Source: Klebsormidium nitens
Lineage: Eukaryota; Plantae; Klebsormidiophyceae
Direction of reading: 5' to 3'
DNA: 64,000 nt
Assembly (NCBI GenBank): GCA_000708835.1
Contig: DF236955.1
Location: 62,001-126,000, forward strand
This document shows positions 13,001 to 24,490 of this stretch, one piece after another. Position 1 is the first letter of the stretch, and each line of letters opens with the position of its first letter. The translations under genes and the position numbers were made by a program. The notes beneath the pieces are model-generated. The model was given only the letters and a program-made list of their open reading frames with translations, had not been told where the DNA came from and ran no database searches.

Positions 13001-14885
13001 GGACCGAGGGTGGGCCCAGGTATGTTTCCTCTATGAGACCTGTGCAGGAAGTTCGGTTGTCATTTTGATCAACGAGTGAAGCACTCAGCAGATTCCACGG
13101 GGTTTTCCTTGTAGAGCGCCTTAAGCAAGCATAACCGGGCTTAAAAATCAAGTGCGTATCTTCTCGTTCGGTGTCAACTGTGGTAGAAGACACCACAGAT
13201 GATTGTCAATCAAATACCGACTTTTTTGCTTTCTGAGAGCGCGAATGTTTGGTGCTTTATGTGAAGTTCTTGGCGATCTTGCCGAAGGGATGTAAATTGT
13301 CTTGACGTAGTCTGCAAAGCAGTCCTGCGACCAATTATCTACGCTGTTAATGCTTCCCTCTCGTGACCAGCTCCTGAAGGTTAGGCACTTACTATGCTCA
13401 AGACATGTGGTTCGACAGACGACGCTTCGATTCAAGTTTTTACAGGATTTGCGAACGGCTTCTCTGCCAATTTGTTGAGCGCAGAGAACGAGGGTCAACT
13501 TTCTTTGAGCTCTTCACCTCTTTCCCGTTCCGTTTGTTCAAGGGAAACTTCGAAACTTGCTAAAAGTAAAATTGTGATTCTTAATACTACATTACTACAT
13601 GGCTTCGCTGACTTTTCGCAGGGAGGGCCGGGCCGGCGGATTCAAGGAGTTTGATGAAGCCGAGGCGGAAGAGACAAAGCGAAGGAGAAAGGAAGCAGAA
13701 GAGGTGGGTCGAATGGATCCGATCCTGTTCGCCATCGGTTCCGCTCGGATGTCCTAAAAGGGACTCAATTTTGGAAAGTAGTAGATGCCGGTGTCTCGCT
13801 TCTCTGTCTGCTATCCCCCTATGATGCTCGGACTGCATATAGATGCTCGTTTTTTTCACCTTGTGAGAATTCTACCTGTCACCTGTGGAAGGGACGGCTT
13901 TCTGTGTGGTGACGAAACAGTCCCTTTTGTGCGTTAGAAGTTCCTCCTGTGCTTTGAACGGTCCTTCTTGATACACTATCGCAAATCAAGCCCTTGTTCC
14001 TGGTCCTTCTAGGTTTCGAAGTCCGGATGTTCTCCTAATCGATCGTTGTAGATGCACATTGCGCAACGATCTTCTGTGGTTTAGCGATCTGTCGACCGAA
14101 CCTTCCGCTCGTGTCTCCTGGTCCCCTGCTGGAAGAGAGGAGTCCGTTTTGATTCTATTAGCCTGCATGCCGTACGCAGCACACCAGCATTTGACCTTGT
14201 TGCAAGCCAGTACAGATCTGACTCTGGCCTGTCGTTTGTGCATTTGCAAAGCTTTTTCCGGACTCCCTTCCGTTACAAACGAATTTGCGACAAGCACTCT
14301 TTTTTGAGCCTCGCACTTTTCGAAAGCTCCGTCTCTGTGGGACTAACAAGACCATGCCGTCCGCACGTGCAGCAAGACGGCGAGATGTACGACGAGTTCG
14401 GCGTCCTCAAGAAGAAGTTCCGGACGAAGAAGGAAGCGCCGGCCGCGCCGGTCGGGGGAAAGGCCGCTTGGGAGCAGGAGGACCTCACACGAAAGGACGG
14501 AAGCGACAAGCAGAAAGAACGGGAAAAAGAGCGTGAGCGGGATAAGGGGCGAGAAAGGGAGAGGAGCCAGGAGCGAGCGTACGACTACGAGCGTGATTTC
14601 CGGGGGGATAGGAGCAGGGGCCGGGTGGATCGGGACCGTGACAGGAGCCAGGATTGGAAGATTGCGGCGGCGGGGGCGAAGGGGGATGGTGAGAGGAGTC
14701 GGGGGGCAGACCGGGATCGGGATCGAGGGCAAGATTGGAAGACGGATGAGCGGAGTCGAGGGGGGTATAAAGACGAGGAACGAGATTACGAAAGGAGCCG
14801 GAATGGGGGGGAAAGGGAGCGGGATTGGAAAGATAGTAGGGACCGGGGTCCTAGAGACTCGGACAGAGGTTATAGAAACCGGTGA
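10094..14885 (+). CDS. TAF15: TAF15/FET-family RNA-binding protein (RRM, two RanBP2 zinc fingers, RGG, RD/RS-rich tail); exons 10094-10270, 11077-11305, 11784-11859, 12413-12619, 12939-13019, 13622-13703, 14373-14885
   Basis: IYVSNLP...KTGEPKIRIYRNKETGAPKGDCTIMYQD (RRM); GDWPCPKEGCGNVNFAFRGVCNKC and DWSCPLCQNMNWAKRNKCNIC (RanBP2 fingers); GEMYDEFGVLKKKFR as in plant TAF15. Phases consistent; start codon uncertain. Confidence 0.9.
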
Positions 14886-15918
14886 CACAAGTCAGTACTC
14901 AATTAGTATTTGCAAGTCTGGCTCGTGCCTTCGTAACAGTGAACGACTTGCTTTAGTAAAATACGTATTCATGCTGGTACTCGCATGGCGGATGATTGCC
15001 AAGTGTCTAAACCTTGTAGACTCTTGATGACATTTGATGGAGTCAAGCATGCAGAAGACATTCAATGACTGAATCCTACTAAGAGTAGCAGTGACCATAC
15101 TACATTAGCAATTCAATCGGGTCGCAGTCTTGTCGATTTCACTCGCATCATGCTCTGAAAGTAATCAATGGGCAACAAGCTTAGCCTCTTAGCCCTTTTT
15201 GCAGCCGAGTCGTTGATTGAAGAAGGTCCGGTCTCAGTCTCATGCGTTCTGGTTTCACTAGGTAATTGATCGAACTTAAGTGCTGTGTGCGCTGATGCCA
15301 TACGGTTGTCGGCACGGGCTCTTCAATGACAAAAGAAAGTGCACCCCTCCCATGGATGCAACGAAGCTCGCTGCCACCGGAGGCCAATTACCTATTGCCA
15401 TGGGCGGGAGGCCATTAGCTCCATTCTTCAAAGAGAGCCTTACAACAACTTCCAAAGTCTCGATCATGATAAGATCTACGTATAGCTAGGTACTTTAATT
15501 AGAAGCAGTGATGGCGTCTGGAATCTTCTGCCTCTGCCACGGGGCCTGGGCCTGCGCCCGCGCGAGGCGCTCTTGCCAATTTTACCGGTTCTTCCGACGT
15601 ACTAATATCAACCTTCCGCGAAGCGATGCCTACCAGAAATACCATCAGGTTGTGCCGTTTCTGGCAGCGAATCTGCCTTTCCGGCAGCAGAGACGACAGC
15701 TGCTGGTTGCAAGGCGATCTAGAATCCAAATATGGCAGGGCGCTGTCAGTGTCACAGGGACCGCTGACAGTGCAGCAGAAATCGGGAACGCTCTGCAAAG
15801 GAGATTCTAACTGTTGGCGCCGCAGATCTTCCTTGATTCTTTGGTCTTCGTGCAGTGCTGGGCTGGTAGCGGGGACGTCCTGTGGCTTGCAGTTGTTGGC
15901 GGCAAGCTAAGCACGGCG

Positions 15919-18900
15919 ATGCAGTCACTGCAGGAGCAGGCCTCTCAGAAAAGCGGTGTGCCACTGGATGAAGCATTTCAGGTCGACGCAGTGAACCTGT
16001 ATGAGAGGCTGGGGCATCAGGTTTTCATCGATTTATCAACGAACTTTTACACCCGGTGAGTCGCTTGCTTGTTTCAAAAGTTTTGAATGGGTGTTTCTGC
16101 AAGTACTAGTTGAGACTTTTCTGGGGAAATTGCTCCAAGGCCAAATGGGGCTCACAGAAGTGTGGTGGCTTTCAGGGGCGGGTTTTTATGAAAGGAGGAT
16201 GTATAGAAAACAAAAGGGGTCTTCTGAGAAAGATCAGCCAGGCAACTAGCGAACAGTCATCAGAGTACAAGCACCGATGTGTATAAGGTGCTCCAATTGA
16301 GTTTCTGACCTTCCACTAGCTGGCAATCATATTGGTTGAGGATCTGGCGCACATACAGTCTACAGAGGCAGTCAGGCAACGCTGAGCTGGACTCTAGTAT
16401 TTCTTTGAGCCTTGATGAAGAAGAGAAATCTTGCTGGAACGAGGAGGAAAAAGTGTTGCCCCGGGAGGAAAATGGTGTTCTATGAGCTTCTTCTATATCT
16501 TATGGTGTCCTCGTGTCTACATAGCGCTAAGACACAAATGGCACACATGAAGCCTCCTGTTATCGAAGCATGGGCTTTGCAGCCTGTTCAAGGGGTGGCG
16601 CCAAACACCCAGGAACTAACTATCAGAGGTTCTTGATCCGGAAGGCCCAGCTTGCTGCAGATCTCTCAGATTGATAACAGTAAACCTTCTACTTTTATGC
16701 GACGGAGTCGCTCTCAGGTCAGCCGAGTGTGCTGGCCTGTACATATGTTTGTGACTGACCTGGGCTAATGTTTAAGATTGTCAGATTGTCCACATGTTTA
16801 AGATTGTCGGATTGTCCACAGAAATCCTGAGTCGTTTCAAAGGCAAGGGGACCATTTGATCCACTAGGGGCTCATCTTAGAGGTCCAAGAGACATTGTCG
16901 ATCAGCCGCACAAATGTTCTCTGCAAAGGTATCAAGCGAGATGTGACAGCTAAAATCAGTAAATAAGAGTCAGTTACTGAGACTAGAAGAGTCTTGCAGC
17001 TGAACAATGGCGCCCCACGTTTTGTCAAATCAATGAACAGGGGTGCTTGTGCAGGGTGCAGTGGGCTCAGAAGGTGAATACCTGTCACCACTTGCAATCA
17101 GGAGGAATCACACCTCTTCCTTTTTGAGAAGACCCTCCTCATTCTTGACTTGGATGGGATAGCTACCAAGGTAAGCTTACTCATTCTTGAGCCAATGAGT
17201 GATTGAAGTTCCCTTATGTGTAGGGTCTATGACGACAAGGAGACCTGGTTTCGGGACATCTTCGCAAACTCGACCAGAGAGCATGCCACTCAGAACCAGT
17301 ACGAGTTCTTCATCCAAAGACTCGGGGGCCCTCCTCTTTACTCCCAACGGAAAGGTGAGAGCCTTCGCTATGGCAATTCCAAGTAAATGCCTGCTCTGAA
17401 CGATACGTTTGCAGTGAAAAGTCTCAGAAAACTTCACGTTTGAAGTGAGCACTCTTTGAAAATTCTAGTCGTTCATAGCATGTGAGGAAAGGCAAGGAAA
17501 GGATTAGAGATTCTGGCACCATCCCTGAAATTGATTTGAAGATTTTGTCACAGGGATAAAGACTCCCTACAGATTACGCTCACTAGAGCTTCCAAGGTTG
17601 GAAAGACGTCCTGCTGTCAGCTGTTCGGAAAGAATCACTTCCAGTCATGGTTCTCGTACGTTAGTAGAAGCCAATGAAAGGCCAAAAAAGTTGGCTGGAG
17701 TTGATTTCACTTCCAAACCAGACAGAAATTGCATGTCAAAGAACCTTTCCCAAAAGTCGCACGCTGCTGTCAGCACAGCCGTGCTGTTCTGAGAACGTCT
17801 ATATAGCGTCTTCAATCACTCCAGTATCTTCCTGCCCCGCATCAGCTTCGCTGTGTAGATCATTTGAACGACGGAGATTACTCGCTGCATTTCCTACATA
17901 TCGCTCGATGCAGTTCCAAGATAATGGTCTTGACGATTCTTGACCTTTGAACACATGGTACTCTGTGACCCGGTACTAAGTTGACGTGCAAAACTCGTCG
18001 ACAAAACTCTCAACTCTTGTATCCCTTTGCGTCTCGGCTGCGTGAAGTCTCCAGGGCGTTCCAACTCGATTTCGACCTTACGACTGGAACGCTTCGTCGA
18101 TTGATTAGAATGACTTTTTCGACCATTTATCCTAACGACTTTTAGACGTCGTCATTTCTCTGTCCGCAGGCCATCCCATGGCGCCACAGCCTGCGCATTA
18201 CCACCGAAAGGGCGGCGGTAACTCTTAGCCTGATGATCCGATTAGAATTCTCTTCGATACCTCATCGAATCTTCCGATCTTCCGACTGATCCGCTGATCG
18301 GCCGCCACAACACGTCCACCTTCACGGAAAGAGCGGCAGCATTTGGTTGAACGCTCAGCCGAGCGTCTGAATTGACTTTTTCGACTTCTTATCCCAGCCG
18401 ATTCCCACGTTCATCTCTGTTTGCAGGGCATCCCGCGCTGATCAGGCGACACGGTCCATACGCCATCACCGAAAGAGTGCCGAGTGATGAGAGCAACTCT
18501 GACACTCAACAAGTGTTCTAAGGTGTCTTTTCGTTTCCAGACTAATTCGGTCACGGCCCGTTTGCGTAACGGAAACAGCGTCAAGAATCAGAACGACCCT
18601 TTCAAAACGATACCCAGTCATACTTTCGACGTCACATTTCTGTTTCCAGGGCATCCCGCACTCATTGGGCGCCACGGCCCGTACGTTGTCCCCGGAGGAG
18701 CGGCGGTGAAGCCAACCGGGTGATCAGAGCGACTCATTGAACTAAGTTAAGCCAAGGGGTTCTTTTACGTTTATCAATGCTTGCAGGACACTCTGCGCTG
18801 CCCATGAGTGCGACGGAAGCCACGACACACTTTTGATGTTCTGACCCCCTGTCCGGTCCCCCCACCTGCTGCCTCACCCCACCACTGCCCGCTGCCCCCC

Positions 18901-19827
18901 CTCGCCACAGCACGACTAAAACGTTCAGCCGAGTAATCAAAAAGGACGCTCTCACATTGCTCTGGCTGACCTTCGCTTCTCGTTACAGGCCATGCAGCGC
19001 TTGTTGGGCGCGAATTGTTCACTCAAAGAGTTGTCTGACGTCACTTTCTATTTCCAGGTCATCCCGCGCTGATTGGGCGCCACGGCCCATACGCCGTCAC
19101 GGAGCGAGCGGCGCAGCGGTGGCTCGAGCACATGGACGAGGCGCTGGACGAGACGGCCGGGATCGACGAAGACTCGCGGCAGCGGCTGCGGAACTTCTTC
19201 AGGTGAAAGTGACGTCAGCGGGGTCGTCACTAGGAGGATCAGGCGATTGCATCGCACTGGAGGTATCTCTGGAGGAAAAGCAGAAACAGTGGCCTTGCAG
19301 GGAACAATGCCTTCATGCATAAGGACGACAAGGTCTCAAGTTGTGTATTATGCCTTCGGATAAAAGCTCAGTATTTACCCTGCAAGGTGCCTCCCCAATA
19401 TTATCGTACACTTCGTCAAACGTCTAGTGCCTCTCAAAGGCCTGTCGCACCGGTTTCTGCTTGCATGAAAAGTTGTTGCTTTGTGGCCCTATTCCAAATC
19501 GCTTGAAAGACCTGCGAGTGCTGAGTCCGACCCGCTGACATCATCCGAAGCCGGCTTGGACGCTCCCCTTGACCTCATTCAGTGTGAGACTTCGTCTTTC
19601 TAGGAAACCGATGCTCATGAAAGTGGCAAGACAAGGAGGTCGTTGTTTGCTTACACCAGAAGGACTTCTCAGTGTCCAGTGTCCAGTTGAGGACACCTGT
19701 TGCTGCTTCTGAGGTCGTTGTGTTCCCTGCTTGCAGACATACGGCCTACTTCTTGGTAGCGGGAAAAGAGCTAGTCAACCGGAACCGCCTTGTTGGCTAC
19801 GGCGGAAAACACACAGGCGGAGCCTAG
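15919..19827 (+). CDS. GLB3: Truncated (2-on-2) hemoglobin, plant class 3; exons 15919-16055, 17224-17354, 19058-19202, 19737-19827 (167 aa)
   Basis: MQSLQEQAS...[21 protein letters not shown]...[30 protein letters not shown]...AAQRWLEHM...[12 protein letters not shown] closely follows plant GLB3. Phases consistent. Confidence 0.96.
16768..16820 (+). repeat. 26-bp tandem duplication in GLB3 intron 1
   Basis: ATGTTTAAGATTGTC(A/G)GATTGTCCAC x2. Confidence 0.9.
18100..18725 (+). repeat. Four degenerate tandem copies of the GLB3 intron-2 3' end / exon-3 start (exon-like starts at 18170, ~18291, 18427, 18650)
   Basis: Repeated motif ...ttc(t)ctgtYYRCAG|GSCATCCC...GGCGCCAC...; translations GHPMAPQ..., [49 protein letters not shown]. 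The ~18291 copy has no acceptor. Confidence 0.9.
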
Positions 19828-20432
19828 GCGGCAGTTGCAGTGATATCGTTTAGTTGAGTACTGCACTCAATTTTGCTCATGATCGATCGAGTTGCCGTAA
19901 AATCTGACCGGCCCGAGTTGACCCAGAACAGCTTCCTACCATACAGCCTGATCATTCACTCACAGAGCATTCAAAGCATCTCTATCAGTGTGCGATGGTG
20001 TCCTCTTTCTCTGAGGCTCAGTCGTTTGCGGACATGATTCGCTGCAAGCCAAACCATACACAATGCAGAATGTATGAAGACTCGCCACGTCTCTTACAGG
20101 TATACAAGTTCGCAAATGGTTCACGACTTGAAGTCTAACAAGCTAGCCTTTTCAAGCATGCCAGCGGCCCCGCCTCATTCTGTTGCACTCTTGCGCAGTT
20201 TGCGAGTTCGTCGGGTTCGACGTGCAGACCGTTCCGTACGATCGCTGAGAAAACGAGTACCACATAATCAAGCATAAGAGCGGAACCCTCAGGGCAAAGC
20301 TCGGCGGTGCATGAGGACTCGCAGTCGGTGAAATCAAATGGAAAATAAACGGCGAAAAGGGCCGTGATTGCATGCGGGTAGCGCCACTGAGATGTGTACA
20401 ACTCAAGAACGTCCACTGGAAATGATCAGCAG

Positions 20433-22129
20433 ACGCAGCGAAGGCTCAGGCCGACGCTGATCGTGCGGCCGCCGAAGCGCGCGCGGCCGCGGACGCGCGG
20501 GCTGCCGCGGCTGCCGCGGACCTCGTCAGCACGGAGCAGGCCCCGCCGCCTGCGCTCGCGCCCGGGCAGCCTGCGCCTCCGCCCCAGGCCTCCGATGCTG
20601 CTCAGCTCGAGCAGAGCTTGGTCAGGGCGTGCGTCACCGCCATTCGCCGGGCGCTGCCGACACCGCAGCAGCTGGACCTGGCGGCGATCGTACAGGCCGT
20701 TAACTCGGGGATCGCGTCCGGGGACACCATGGCCACGTTTGTCGCCGCCACGGACGACATCGTCGTTGAGCTCCAGCGCATCGCTGAAGCTGTCGACGCG
20801 GCGCCCCCAGAACAGGTCCCGGATAAACTCGCCGCCATGGCAGACTACATCGAGACAAACCTCACCGACCGTTTGCGGCCAGGGTCCGCCGCCTCGAAGA
20901 GAAGCTCGAGACTATGGCCGATCGCCAGCAAGAGATCCTGATTGGACAGCAGGAGGCAGCCGCTAGCCAGCGCGTCACTCATGACAGGTGCGATTAATCG
21001 TTCCAACTTTTCATCTCACTCGTCTGCGAAAATGTCGCCCCCGTTCAATGTACCCGCCTTCCGCACAGATCAAAAGCGAACAGTCAGTCTAATGATGTTA
21101 GCACTTGAGGCGACGTTTTGTATCCGCAGTGACTTTGCATGCACAGCTTACACAACCTCTGTACCAGCTTCCTTCTTTACCCTGTCACAATAAACGAAGT
21201 CACACATATACATCTACGCGCAAGTCTGGCACGGTTGCTGTTGCACAACTCTTTTGCCTGACAAACGTGAACACCTTTCAGCCCCGTCTCATAATTTCTC
21301 CTATTCTTGTCCCCGGGCAGGATTGTCGACGCTCTCGCCAACATGAGCCGCAGCAACCAGGCGGGACCGGGCTTCACCAACCTTGGCCCCGCGGCAGTCC
21401 CTCACTCCAAAGACACCATCTCGGCCGCCTCATGTCGTACGGAATCGTCGAAGGACCCCCAGCAGAGCTAAGCGCTCGCAACAGACCGAATCGGAGCGGC
21501 CCGTATAAGCAGGCCCGGCAGGAGGACCCCGTTGACAGCCGCGGCATTCCTAGCGATCCAGGTACACAACCCGCTTGACACATTGTTATCTTCACTGTGC
21601 AACCGTCAGACTCAGCGCAACAGACTTTCTGGACAGTTTGCAACTAATCTTCTTGACATAGGGCCCACCTGAACCCCGCTGAACACACCAGTCTGTCTTT
21701 GAGGCTAGCAAAGTTGCACCTACTTCATTTGTCAGTCATTGTTCATTTGTTGACCGACTGTACTGGACCTACTATTAACCCCGCGTTGTCCCCTCCCTTG
21801 CAGCCAAGCTCGGCCGCTACAGAATCACCGAACTTGCTCGCCTCATCTGCATGCAAGCGTCGAAGTCCAACACCTACTTCCCCCAGCAGCAGGACATGCT
21901 CGACGTCCTTGCCGAGGTGGGCGTGGAAGCCAAGATGACCAGCATTGCTGGCAATTATCTCATGGAGTGCGTTGCGATCAACGGCGGTTCGAGGTGCAAG
22001 ACCTGGCGCCTTGTCACGACCAACTCGGCGGCCAAGGCGGCCATGATGCGCCGCTTTGAGCAGTTCAAGGTGCCGCTCAAAGATGCTGGACTGGAGGCCT
22101 CCGACTGGACCTGGGGCAGGAGGTATTAG
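20433..22129 (+). pseudogene. Spliced orphan gene with two -1 frameshifts (Ala-rich/coiled-coil N-half, unknown ~105-aa C-terminal domain); segments 20433-20987, 21321-21561, 21804-22129
   Basis: Strong GC3 codon pattern and GT-AG sites. The frame breaks near 20875 (TNLTDR / AARVRRLEEKLE) and inside 21321-21561, whose 241-nt length does not fit its flanking phases. No start exon found. Confidence 0.55.
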
Positions 22130-22424
22130 AGCAATTCGGGCTCTGTTACTTGTGGCTGGTACATTGTGAGCCGCAATTCGATAAAGATCCGATGCGCGGG
22201 CTTTACAACATCGCATCTATGAACGCTTTTATCTCAGTGGCGCCGTCTTTGCCAACTGGCAGCTTTTAGCCGTCATCAACCGCTGTCGTTCGCTAAGTTG
22301 CTGCACAAGTCGTACCAACTGTTGGCATCGATCGTTTGATTCGACTTTTTACAGTTCATGTGGACTCTCTGTATCAGATCCTGTTCATGCGACCTGCTTG
22401 CTGCCAATGTGAGTGAAGCCTTAC

Positions 22425-23923
22425 ATGCACGGGAGAGCACCCCCGGGGTACCTTTTCCCTCTTCCCAAAAACCAGACGCAATAAAACAGGGCGTACTGGA
22501 AGAGGGTTTTTAATGGCCCGACACTTTCCCCTCTGCTAAGCAACGACATGGCCACGCTTGGTCTATTATCCGCATGAACAACTCGTACTTAGAGAAGCTT
22601 CCACCCAAACGTTCTGCCCGACAGGTTCTGACTTATGAATACATGTGTTTGTTCGTCAAATTTCTTCGGAAGAGTAGCCCTCACCGACTTACGAACGTAT
22701 CATAGCCAACACCTCCCCGGCCTTGACAAGTACACGCCAATTTTGTTGGGAACTTGGTCAAAACTGACCGCCGGAAAGCTCTACATGATGCCTCTCCTCA
22801 ACTTGGAGAGACGCACACCGTCGCTGTACATGACCAACCTACGTGGGGCCCGACTGATGACCCGGGCCTGCTATCTCTCCAAGCACACTAGCATAAGCCC
22901 CCGTTTGTGCAAGCTAGCTCGTGATTCATCACAGGTGAATAGGGCATCAACTCATACAGAGGGTATTACTCAGGGTAGGCCCATAACATATAGGTGTACG
23001 TGCAGTGATAGAGTAGCTTTCCTAGTCAAACGTTTAGACTCGCAACAAAATGTGTGACTCGCTCTCAGGTCCATGGCTCACGCTACGGCCTTCTAAAAGA
23101 AGTATATATGTATGTATGCTCTATGTATGTATGTAACAAGGTTTGGAGATCGTTTCTTGCGATGGTCACGGTGGGGCTCATACATGCGTATGCCGATGAT
23201 ACATACATACATACATACATACTTCTTTTATAAGGCCGTAGCGGTGAAGCCATGGACCTGAGAATGAGTACACTTCTGTTTCGAGTCTGGACGTTAGGTT
23301 CAAAAAGTCACCGTACGAAGATGCTGCTTGTACACTACACAAAAGTGACCGATCAGGATTACATGCGCAAGCTACATACTAATTTTCAACTCAGAGTCTA
23401 CAACTAGGTGCACTGGACCTAATCCTGTTCACCTAGGATTGCTATATGAGGCTAAGCTAAACCATGATGGAATGGTACAAGTGGTGTTGGCTCCATGTTG
23501 GGGATGTAGCGGCACGTCTTGTCGGTAAGGTAGTCATGTACGATCAGCAGCACGCTTGTGTTGAGTAGATCTTTTTGACCGGCAATCCAAAACCGTCAAC
23601 AGAGTGGTTGTGTACTTGTGAAGGCCGGGATGGAATTGACCGCATGATACGTTCGTAAGTCTATGGGGCCAGCCACCCCTTCCGCAGAAGATAACAAACA
23701 AACTCTTGTATTCAGCAGCCGAGACCATCCGGGCGCGAATGTGTTGGGTGGAATCTTCTCCAAATCACTGGGAGTCTGCCATGCACTCAGTGCGACGCGT
23801 GAAGTATACTCCGCAGAGGGAAAGTTTGGGGCCATTAAAAACCCTCTTCCGGTTCGCCCTGTTTTGTTGCGTCCGGTTCTTTGGAAGAGGGAAAAGGTAC
23901 TCTAGGGGTGCCTTTCCGTGCAT
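22425..23923. mobile_element. Foldback-type non-autonomous element: ~1.5-kb imperfect palindrome with ~700-bp arms
   Basis: Termini ATGCACGG.../...CCGTGCAT; the outer ~120 bp are near-mirror (GTACCTTTTCCCTCTTCC...GGAAGAGGGTTTTTAATGGCCC). Mid-arm anchors GACTTACGAACGTATCAT and CCCGGCCTT.ACAAGTACAC. Inner ~65-bp stem 23051-23117 / 23205-23274 with (TATG)n/(CATA)n. Confidence 0.85.
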
Positions 23924-24384
23924 ATTAGAGTTTCAGCGGCGTTACATGAATCTGATGTATCATGGCAAATAGCAGTGTGGAGAAGCCAATTGGGCCTTAA
24001 ATAGCCTTCTCATATTCCTCATCTATTTAGATAAACAAGAATACAACAGTCCGACATTGGGCCAACACCGAGCGTCGAGCATCAACAGAATGGAGAGTTT
24101 GAGATTTGAGGGGGCGAGATAAGCCTGTTGCGGGACGGTAATTGTGAATAGTTCCACAAACAACTAGGAGGCTACATCCCTTAAGATGCAGTCTGCCCTG
24201 GTCACGTAGCACAGTGAGAACCGGCAGGACACCAGGTACCACGTGGTCAGTAATCTGCGGGGGAGATCGTGAAGGGATTAGCTCCTTTGACACAAGGAGC
24301 CTCAGATCAGAGATGTGCGTCAAGCTGGCCAATGGAGAGTAGCTGAATCTGGCATTGCCCAAGAGAAATGGGGTACAGCTTGTA

Positions 24385-24490
24385 AAGCGAGCAAATGGGT
24401 AAACAGGTAAACGTAGGTAAATGGGTAAATGTGAGTAAATGGGTAAACGTTGTAAAGGCTCGCGAGGAGCTTCCAGCGGGTAAATGTGAA
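24385..24490 (+). repeat. Degenerate GGTAAA(T/C)-core minisatellite
   Basis: atgggtaaac-aggtaaac-gtaggtaa-atgggtaaat-gtgagtaaat-gggtaaac-gttgtaaa. Confidence 0.75.

Noticed and set aside
14343-14888. 181-aa minus-strand ORF
   Set aside because: Antisense shadow of the repetitive last exon of TAF15.
18100-18725. CRISPR-like repeat-spacer array
   Set aside because: The units are degenerate copies of a host intron/exon junction, with irregular spacing and no cas genes.
22635-23057. 140-aa ORF in the left foldback arm as a transposase remnant
   Set aside because: No DDE, zinc-finger or HTH motif visible, and no coding bias.
24385-24490. Interstitial telomere repeat
   Set aside because: The unit GGGTAAA is not TTTAGGG/TTTTAGGG or its reverse complement CCCTAAA.
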